A DNA stretch of 15,333 nt, taken from positions 1-15,333 of the forward strand of contig CAJWCD010000090.1 in assembly GCA_913020725.1 (NCBI GenBank), given 5' to 3'. The stretch is from an uncultured Pseudomonadota bacterium (GTDB lineage: Bacteria; SAR324; NAC60-12). The stretch's first letter is position 1; the number at the start of each line of letters is the position of its first letter. Of the stretch, positions 7,855-15,333 are shown in pieces. Below the pieces are notes generated by a model. That model did not search any database. It was not told the DNA's origin and saw only the letters and a list, made by a program, of their open reading frames with translations. A program made the translations under genes and the position numbers.

Positions 7855-8609
7855 AAAAGACCGCACTGATCACAGGCGCAGGCACCGGCATTGGCCGCGC
7901 CCTGAGTGAATTCCTGATCAAAGCCGGGCTTCAAGTGATTGCGGTGGGGCGTCGTCCGCAGCCGCTGGAGTCGCTGCGTGCCAGCCATCCCGATGCCGTT
8001 GTTGCGGTTTCCGCAGACGTGGGCACGGAAGCAGGACGCCTTGCGATTGCCGAGGCCGTTTCTGGAGCATCCCTGAACTTGCTGGTCCACAACGCGGCGG
8101 TGCTGGAACCCGCCGGGCCGCTGGCCGAAATGTCTTTGGAAGCGTGGCGCGAGCATCAGGCGATCAATCTGGAAGGTCCGCTTTTTCTGACCCAAGCATT
8201 GCTCCCACGGCTCGAGTCCGGCTCCCGGATCCTGCACATTTCATCGGGGGCGGCGCACACTGCGATTCAGGGCTGGGCGGCGTACTGCATGTCCAAGGCC
8301 GCGCTGCACATGGGCTACCAGTGCTGGCGCAACGAGTTGCAGGCGCGGGGCGTTCTGGTGGGGAGTGTGCGTCCGGGCGTGGTGGACACCCCGATGCAGG
8401 AGGCCATCCGGGATTTTGATGAAACCGCCTTCCCCCTTGTGGAAAAATTCCGGGCCTTCAAGGCGGATGGGGAACTGGAACCTCCGGAACGAGTTGCCTG
8501 CTTTCTGGGGTGGTTGCTGCTGAAGGCACCAGAAGCCACCTTCACGGCACAAGAACTGGACATCCGGGACGAAACTTTGTGGTCAAACTGGGAAGACTTT
8601 CAACCCTAG
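7851..8609 (+). CDS. Short-chain dehydrogenase/reductase (benzil reductase YueD / sepiapterin reductase-like, likely NADPH)
   Basis: TGAGTGIG, basic GRR after strand beta2, HNAA, ISSGAA, YCMSK (YxxxK), PGVVDTPMQEAIR. Confidence 0.92.
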   Translation: MKKTALITGAGTGIGRALSEFLIKAGLQVIAVGRRPQPLESLRASHPDAVVAVSADVGTEAGRLAIAEAVSGASLNLLVHNAAVLEPAGPLAEMSLEAWREHQAINLEGPLFLTQALLPRLESGSRILHISSGAAHTAIQGWAAYCMSKAALHMGYQCWRNELQARGVLVGSVRPGVVDTPMQEAIRDFDETAFPLVEKFRAFKADGELEPPERVACFLGWLLLKAPEATFTAQELDIRDETLWSNWEDFQP

Positions 8610-8818
8610 ACGGTGTGGCCCATGCTCGCTTCCGGATCGGCTTGCTCTAGTGCGTCAGCAATACGATCCACCCAGACTTGGGCCGCTTCCGGGTTCGGTT
8701 GTGACTTGCGCAGGGCTTCAAGGTAGGCCCACACCGTATCCGCTCCTGCTGTGAGTTGCAGGTTCCGGGCGTGGGAGAGGTGCTCCAGCCAGTTGGGCGG
8801 GAGCGGAGCCTTCGTCAC
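8606..8818 (-). CDS. Hypothetical 70-aa helical protein
   Basis: GTGA start/stop overlap with the CDGSH gene (8815-8818); fills the gap exactly to a 4-nt convergent overlap with the SDR stop; amphipathic helical composition. Confidence 0.65.
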   Translation of the reverse strand: MTKAPLPPNWLEHLSHARNLQLTAGADTVWAYLEALRKSQPNPEAAQVWVDRIADALEQADPEASMGHTV

Positions 8819-8997
8819 AGGGTCGTGCAGTTGCGGTGGGCACCATCACAGAAGGGCTTCTTTTCGGAAAGCCCGCAGCGGCAGAGCGCAATCGTTCCCT
8901 CCTTCTTCTCTTCGGTCCCATCCTCATGCACTAGGGTTGCGCCGCCCTTGATCAGCAGCGGCCCCTTGGCGTTCACTTGAATTTTCAGATCTGACAT
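8815..8997 (-). CDS. CDGSH-type [2Fe-2S] protein (60 aa)
   Basis: ALCRCGLSEKKPFCDGAH (CDGSH motif, 3Cys-1His), N-terminal GPL strand motif, strong SD AAGGAG (complement of 9003-9008). Confidence 0.92.
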   Translation of the reverse strand: MSDLKIQVNAKGPLLIKGGATLVHEDGTEEKKEGTIALCRCGLSEKKPFCDGAHRNCTTL

Positions 8998-9036
8998 TTG
9001 GTCTCCTTGTTTGAGTGGGGTTCAGTCAATCCCTAC

Positions 9037-9064
9037 ATTTTAATCGCGGACAGGCAGGTTGCAA
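9037..9064 (-). promoter_or_regulatory. Putative sigma70 promoter for the CDGSH operon
   Basis: TTGCAA (9064-9059), 16 nt spacer, TAAAAT (9042-9037), about 40 nt upstream of the CDGSH ATG. Confidence 0.55.
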
Positions 9065-9140
9065 GCCGTGCAGAACCCGAAAAAACGCCGCAGAAGTCGC
9101 ATTGAAACACATTGATTCCAACAAATCGACATTCAGGGGG

Positions 9141-9172
9141 TTGACCATTTTTGATAAACTTGAGATTATAGT
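9141..9172 (+). promoter_or_regulatory. Putative sigma70 promoter for the sigma factor gene
   Basis: TTGACC (9141-9146), 17 nt, GATTAT (9164-9169) preceded by TG at 9161-9162; overlapping TATAGT at 9167-9172; AT-rich context. Confidence 0.4.
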
Positions 9173-9243
9173 AGGTACCGTAACAGCTTTGCAAGCATGA
9201 TTTGGAGATGTCAACGAACCCAAATTGCTGGGGTCGTAACGAT

Positions 9244-10884
<1,641 letters not shown>

Positions 10885-10895
10885 GCTTCCTGAAC

Positions 10896-10930
10896 TTCGG
10901 GGTTGCTGGCATGTGTTAGCCAACCCCGGA
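10896..10930 (+). other. Long intergenic stem-loop between the sigma gene and moxR
   Basis: TTCGGGGTTG (10896-10905) pairs with CAACCCCGGA (10921-10930), extended by an inner G-U-containing stem. No U tail. Confidence 0.6.
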
Positions 10931-10934
10931 CCCC

Positions 10935-11930
10935 ATGTCTGCGTCCCTCATGCAGTTGCCTCTTCACGACACCTTCACTCAGCTTCAGCACAACCTTCAG
11001 GCCAGCATCCTAGGACAGCCCCAGCTTGTGGAACGGCTGTTGATCGCGCTGTTGTCCGACGGCCATTTGCTGGTGGAAGGGTTGCCCGGACTTGCGAAAA
11101 CTCGGGCTGTGAAGGCCCTTGGCGACCGCGTTGAAGGCGAATTTCACCGCATTCAATTCACTCCGGATTTGCTGCCTTCCGATGTCACTGGAACCGATGT
11201 CTTTCGTCCAGAGGATCACAGTTTCGTGTTTCAGCCGGGGCCGATTTTCCACAATCTGGTGCTGGTGGATGAGATCAACCGTGCTCCGGCCAAGGTCCAG
11301 TCCGCTCTGCTGGAAGCCATGGCCGAGCGGCAAGTGACGATTGGACGCCGGACTTATCCGCTGCCTGCTTTGTTTTTGGTGATGGCAACCCAGAATCCTA
11401 TCGAACAGGAAGGCACCTACCCGCTTCCGGAAGCGCAGTTGGATCGTTTTTTAATGAAAGTGACGGTCGGCTATCCCCCGCGTGAAGACGAACAGCGCAT
11501 TCTGAGGCTTGCCCGACAGGAAGCACGGGACGGCAGCGAGCGCACCGCACAGGTTTCAACGCATGAGTGCATTCCAGCCCAAGACGTGCTTGAGGCGCGG
11601 CAGGAGATCTTGAACCAGCACCTTGCAGAACCACTGGAGGGCTACATCGTGGAATTGGTGCAGGCGACCCGCGACCCGGAACGCTATGATCCAGAGTTGG
11701 CGGGCTGGCTCAACTGGGGGGCGAGTCCACGGGCGACCTTGGCACTGGACCGTTGTGCACGGGTGCGGGCGTGGTTGCAGGGACGGGATTTTGTCACGCC
11801 AGAGGACATTCAGGACATTGCCCCGGATGTGCTGCGTCACCGCTTGTTGCTCAGTTATGAAGCTGAATCCTCCGGAATCACCGTGGAAACGGCCATCCAA
11901 CGGCTGCTCTCGCTGGTTGCTGTACCTTAA
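10935..11930 (+). CDS. moxR: MoxR-family AAA+ ATPase (MoxR-proper type)
   Basis: GHLLVEGLPGLAKT (Walker A), RIQFTPDLLPSD, LVDEINRAPAKVQSALLEAMAERQVT (Walker B), ATQNPIEQEGTYPLPEAQLDRF, GASPRA, VLRHRL. Confidence 0.96.
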   Translation: MSASLMQLPLHDTFTQLQHNLQASILGQPQLVERLLIALLSDGHLLVEGLPGLAKTRAVKALGDRVEGEFHRIQFTPDLLPSDVTGTDVFRPEDHSFVFQPGPIFHNLVLVDEINRAPAKVQSALLEAMAERQVTIGRRTYPLPALFLVMATQNPIEQEGTYPLPEAQLDRFLMKVTVGYPPREDEQRILRLARQEARDGSERTAQVSTHECIPAQDVLEARQEILNQHLAEPLEGYIVELVQATRDPERYDPELAGWLNWGASPRATLALDRCARVRAWLQGRDFVTPEDIQDIAPDVLRHRLLLSYEAESSGITVETAIQRLLSLVAVP

Positions 11931-11949
11931 CTCCATCCAGCACTGAACC

Positions 11950-12894
11950 ATGTCTAGCAAGCCGCTTTCGTTTGAGATTCCAGAAATCGTCAATCCCTCC
12001 GGGAGGGAGGGCAGCCCGCACCGTAGGCCGATGAACTACACCACCGACGAGACACGAGAGAGCACGGTCAAGGAAACCGGAGGGCAACCCCGTATTGACT
12101 TTGAGGGCACGAGCAACCCGTACATCAATTATGAAAGCATTGACCTGCTACTCAGCCTCCAGCATCCCCGCAGCGAGGGTTACGACGAAATGTGCTTCAT
12201 CCTTTCCGGACAGTGCAAGGAACTGCTCTTCAAGATGGTGCATTTCGAGCTGCACAACGCCCGGCTCTGCATCATCCGGGATGACTTGCCCCGTGCCTTT
12301 GTGATTCTGGACCGCACAAAGAAAATCTTTCGCTACATCGGGGACATCTGGGATGTGCTTTCCACCATCACGGCGCATGGTTTCAGCGAGTTCCGGAACC
12401 ATCTCGGCTCGGCGTCAGGGCAGCTTTCCTTCATGTACCGACACGTTGAGTTCATCTTGGGTAACAAGTCCAAGGCGATGGAACAGGCACACCGCAACGT
12501 CCCGCATGTTTATCCCGCCATCAAAAAAGCGTTCGAGGAACCCAGCCTTTACGACGAGGTCATCCGGATGCTGGACCGAAAAGGCTATGCCATCGCTGAG
12601 GAATTGCTGGAGCGGGACTGGACCCTCCCGCACCAATCCCACCCGTCCGTCCAAAAAGCATGGCTGGAGATTTACGGCAACCCCGTTCCGGAGAACGAGC
12701 TTTATCGCTTCGGCGAGGATTTGACCGAAATCGCCGACCTCTTCTCGCAGTACCGCTGGCGACATTTTGTTTCGGTGCAGAGGATTCTTGGACTCAAACC
12801 GGGAACCGGAGGGTCCACCGGAGTCGGTTGGCTCAAGGGCATCACGGAGCACCGCTTCTTCCCAGAACTCTGGGATATCCGTACCCAGTTGTAA
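11950..12894 (+). CDS. kynA: Tryptophan 2,3-dioxygenase family heme protein, divergent (alternative start 12031)
   Basis: Y..Y...D.LLSLQHPRS, DEMCFI...Q..EL, WDVLSTIT, FR..LGSASG, PSLYDE, RWRH..SVQRILGLKPGTGGSTG..WL, FFPELWDIRTQL. The family call is firm; the substrate is not. Confidence 0.88.
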   Translation: MSSKPLSFEIPEIVNPSGREGSPHRRPMNYTTDETRESTVKETGGQPRIDFEGTSNPYINYESIDLLLSLQHPRSEGYDEMCFILSGQCKELLFKMVHFELHNARLCIIRDDLPRAFVILDRTKKIFRYIGDIWDVLSTITAHGFSEFRNHLGSASGQLSFMYRHVEFILGNKSKAMEQAHRNVPHVYPAIKKAFEEPSLYDEVIRMLDRKGYAIAEELLERDWTLPHQSHPSVQKAWLEIYGNPVPENELYRFGEDLTEIADLFSQYRWRHFVSVQRILGLKPGTGGSTGVGWLKGITEHRFFPELWDIRTQL

Positions 12895-13000
12895 CAAGAT
12901 CGCAAGGGGCATCCGCCCATTGGGTTCCGAGCCCAGCGCCCTGCTTCTCAAAAGGAACTCTTGAGGTGGTCGTCATCAATGTCTTGGCCTGAGCAAAAAA

Positions 13001-13357
13001 ATGGGTTGGCTTTCGTTTCACATTGTCATCTTGGGCCTGCTGGTCTACCTTGCTGGCTAGGGACACAACTGTAACGAGATAGAAGCCATGTCGCGCATTT
13101 GGGGAAGCCTCAACGATTACCAGCACCTTACCGAACCTCTGCTAGGAGTCGAGGAGTCCGAATCCTCACCTTTGGAGGTCCTCAAGATCCCTGCATTCCG
13201 CTTTTGGGGCTGTGTTTTGCTGGCCCTAGTTCCTTCAGCCTTCCTTTTGCTCCCCAACCCCTTCCAGTGATCCGAGTCTGAATCTGTCATGGAATTCCAG
13301 CAAATTTCCTCCCTTCGAGAGCAAGCGAACGATCACCTCGCAAATCCTGACGATTGA
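13001..13357 (+). pseudogene. Possible decayed membrane-protein gene with two in-frame stops
   Basis: One frame reads MGWLSFHIVILGLLVYLAG*(TAG 13058)GHNCNEIEAMSRIWGS...FRFWGCVLLALVPSAFLLLPNPFQ*(TGA 13268)SESESVMEF...NPDD*. It has two TM-like segments, and the last TGA overlaps the lactonase ATG (TGATG). Confidence 0.35.
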
Positions 13358-14262
13358 TGGCCGCTGGACCTGAGCAACTCAATTACGAAATCGTTCACGA
13401 GGTTCCAAACCAATTGGGCGAATGCCCAGTTTGGGACGAACGCGCCCAACGGCTTTACTGGGTGGACATCAAGGGTCGCCAAATCCTGCGGCTCGATCCT
13501 TCCTCCGGAACCGTGGAAACCAGAAATGTTCCCGGCAAGCCCGGAATGCTCGCCTTGCGCACGGACGGAGGCTTGGTGATCGCACAGGATCGCGCCCTCG
13601 CCAAGTTCGATTTCGATGCCGGAACTTTGCAACCACTCGTCCAGATTGAACCGGAGGCGAGCACCAAAGTGCGGCTCAACGATTCCAAAGTGGATCGCCA
13701 GCAGCGGCTCTGGATTTCCTCGATGGCCGATCCAACGATTCCCGGAGAGCAGCACGGAAGCCTTTTCCGTTGGCAAGAGGGCCGATCCCCGGAGTTCGTG
13801 TTGGGTCCGGTGGGAGTGGGGAACGGACTCGCCTTTGCACCGGACGACGAAACCTTCTACTTCGCGGACACCCACGCCCGCACCGTCTGGCAATGCCGTC
13901 TGAATCCGGAGGATGGAGCCTTGCTCGATCGGCAGGTTTTCGCGCAATACCTCGATGAACCGGGGCGTCCGGACGGGGCGTGTGTAGACGCTGAGGGCTA
14001 CTACTGGCTGGCGGTGGTCGACGGTTGGCGGCTGGATCGCTTTGCTCCGGATGGCCGGTGGGATCGCTCGCTTGCCGTGCCCTTCCAGAAGCCAAGCTGT
14101 CCGGGTTTTGGCGGAGCAAAGCTGGATCAGCTTTATGTCACCAGCATTGCCGCCGGAAGTTCCACTCCACTGGAACCCAACCAACCCCATGCAGGAAAGC
14201 TGGTTGTCTTTGAACCTGGCGTTTGTGGACTCGAGGAACCGCGCCTTTCATTGAGGGCATAA
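13357..14262 (+). CDS. SMP-30/gluconolactonase/LRE family sugar-acid lactonase
   Basis: LGECPVWD...LYWVDI, RLNDSKVD..RLW, GNGLAFAPD...YFADT, GRPDGACVDAEGYYW, FGG..LDQLYVTS (E/N/N/D metal ligands of the six-bladed propeller). Confidence 0.93.
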   Translation: MAAGPEQLNYEIVHEVPNQLGECPVWDERAQRLYWVDIKGRQILRLDPSSGTVETRNVPGKPGMLALRTDGGLVIAQDRALAKFDFDAGTLQPLVQIEPEASTKVRLNDSKVDRQQRLWISSMADPTIPGEQHGSLFRWQEGRSPEFVLGPVGVGNGLAFAPDDETFYFADTHARTVWQCRLNPEDGALLDRQVFAQYLDEPGRPDGACVDAEGYYWLAVVDGWRLDRFAPDGRWDRSLAVPFQKPSCPGFGGAKLDQLYVTSIAAGSSTPLEPNQPHAGKLVVFEPGVCGLEEPRLSLRA

Positions 14263-14488
14263 ATCAGGCTCTTGCACTCATCCAATCAGTTTTCTGTTGG
14301 AACTGAATCCCGACCAGACTGTGGGGAAACAGGGCAAGAAGACTCTGTTGCCACGCCTATTAGGGCACCTCTCCATCACAAGATTTCACATGAGCCTGAT
14401 AATTCAACTTGCTAGATGTCAGTTGTCCGGATTCAATATCTTGCAGAGGTCAATCAATCTGATCTATGACGGGTTGTTGACATAACCA

Positions 14489-14518
14489 AGACCAGCGGTT
14501 CGGGCTGCTGGTTTCTTT
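14489..14518 (+). terminator. Terminator-like hairpin with U-rich tail in the leader of the SBP gene
   Basis: AGACCAGCGGT-TCGG-GCTGCTGGTTT followed by CTTT, about 20 nt before the SD. Confidence 0.4.
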
Positions 14519-14535
14519 GAATGAACTGAAGAACA

Positions 14536-14542
14536 TAAGGAG
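14536..14542 (+). promoter_or_regulatory. Shine-Dalgarno site
   Basis: TAAGGAG 6 nt upstream of ATG 14549. Confidence 0.8.
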
Positions 14543-14548
14543 AAGCTC

Positions 14549-15333
14549 ATGAAAATATTCATGAATGTAGTGGTCTCAGGCATTGTGCTGAGCTTTATGA
14601 TGGCAAGTCTTGCCTCGGCGGAAACGCTTCGTGTTGGCACGGAGTGTACCTATCACCCATTCAACTACCGAGACTCCAGTGGACAACTACAGGGCTACGA
14701 TGTTGATGTTGCCAAGGAGGTTGCTGTGCGCATTGGTGCAAAGCTCAACTTTGTCTGTCAAAAATGGGACGGCATGATCCCCGCTCTGTTGGCGAACAAG
14801 TTTGATCTCATTGTTGCGTCCATGTCCATCACGAACAAACGTAAGAAGAAGATTGACTTCTCCTTCCCATATCGCGTGTCCATCGGACAGTTCATCGGTG
14901 CCAAGTCCAAAAACCTCAAATTATTCAATGCGGATGGCTCTGTAAACCGCAATGGGTTCAATGGGGTGCGAATCGGCATCGAACGGGCAACGACTTACGA
15001 TAACTGGATCCAAGCCAAGGTGCCCAACGCAGACATCGCCTATTATGATTCCAACGAAGCAATGTATCTGGACCTCAAGGCCGGTCGGGTAGATGCAATC
15101 ATGACAAACCCGATGAAGGCATTTCTCCGCTTTTTGAGCAAGCCCGACGGGGCAGGTTATGAAGTGGTGGGCCCGCAGCTTGCCGAGGAGGAATATTTTG
15201 GCATTGGTGTAGGTATTGGGTTGCGCAAGGGCAATGATGCCTTGCTGTCACGACTTGATGTTGCCCTCAAATCCATGGCCAAGGACGGTTCCCTTGAGCG
15301 GTTTGCGAAGAAAATCTTCCCCTTTACAATCCA
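14549..15333 (+). CDS. Polar amino-acid ABC transporter substrate-binding protein, family 3 (HisJ/ArgT/opine-binding type); runs off the window end
   Basis: Absent from the ORF track; translated by hand: signal peptide MKIFMNVVVSGIVLSFMMASLASA, then LRVGTECTYHPFNY, GYDVDVA, WDGMIPALLANKFDLIVASMSITNKRKKKIDFS, LDLKAGRVDA, FGIGVGIGLRK. Strong SD. Confidence 0.95.
   Translation, partial: MKIFMNVVVSGIVLSFMMASLASAETLRVGTECTYHPFNYRDSSGQLQGYDVDVAKEVAVRIGAKLNFVCQKWDGMIPALLANKFDLIVASMSITNKRKKKIDFSFPYRVSIGQFIGAKSKNLKLFNADGSVNRNGFNGVRIGIERATTYDNWIQAKVPNADIAYYDSNEAMYLDLKAGRVDAIMTNPMKAFLRFLSKPDGAGYEVVGPQLAEEEYFGIGVGIGLRKGNDALLSRLDVALKSMAKDGSLERFAKKIFPFTI

Noticed and set aside
13058..13270. Stop-codon recoding (Sec, Pyl or alternative genetic code) in the broken membrane ORF
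   Set aside because: TGA and TAG terminate normal genes in this window, and there is no SECIS-like or catalytic context; decay is simpler.
14410..14470. Specific sigma70 promoter or GntR-type operator upstream of the SBP
   Set aside because: Several weak candidates (TTGCTA/TTCAAT, TTGCAG/TATGAC, TTGTCCGGATTCAA), none good enough to call.

Overview
Bacterial genomic window of fairly high GC content. Gene content is proteobacterial/deltaproteobacterial-like; a marine SAR324-type origin is only a guess. 1-2970 looks accessory: a small signal-peptide ORF, a class III nucleotide cyclase-TolB-like-TPR gene with non-canonical base-specifying residues and mosaic codon usage, then a decayed patch (winged-helix remnant, tail of an HNH-partner gene, frameshifted HNH nuclease). 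2972-14262 looks like core genome: pepN (carrying an in-frame palindromic insertion), an acyl-CoA dehydrogenase / double-hotdog hydratase / SDR operon, a CDGSH Fe-S protein plus small partner, an RpoD-like sigma factor lacking region 1.1, an orphan MoxR ATPase next to a divergent tryptophan 2,3-dioxygenase, a probable membrane-protein pseudogene and an SMP-30 lactonase. The window ends inside a family-3 amino-acid ABC substrate-binding gene that is missing from the ORF track. The strongest non-gene signal is iteration of the palindrome TCCGGA (about 39 copies by hand count, none in 1-3027), reminiscent of cyanobacterial HIP1. No rRNA, tRNA, CRISPR array or intact mobile element was seen. All family assignments come from motif recognition by eye; no searches were run.
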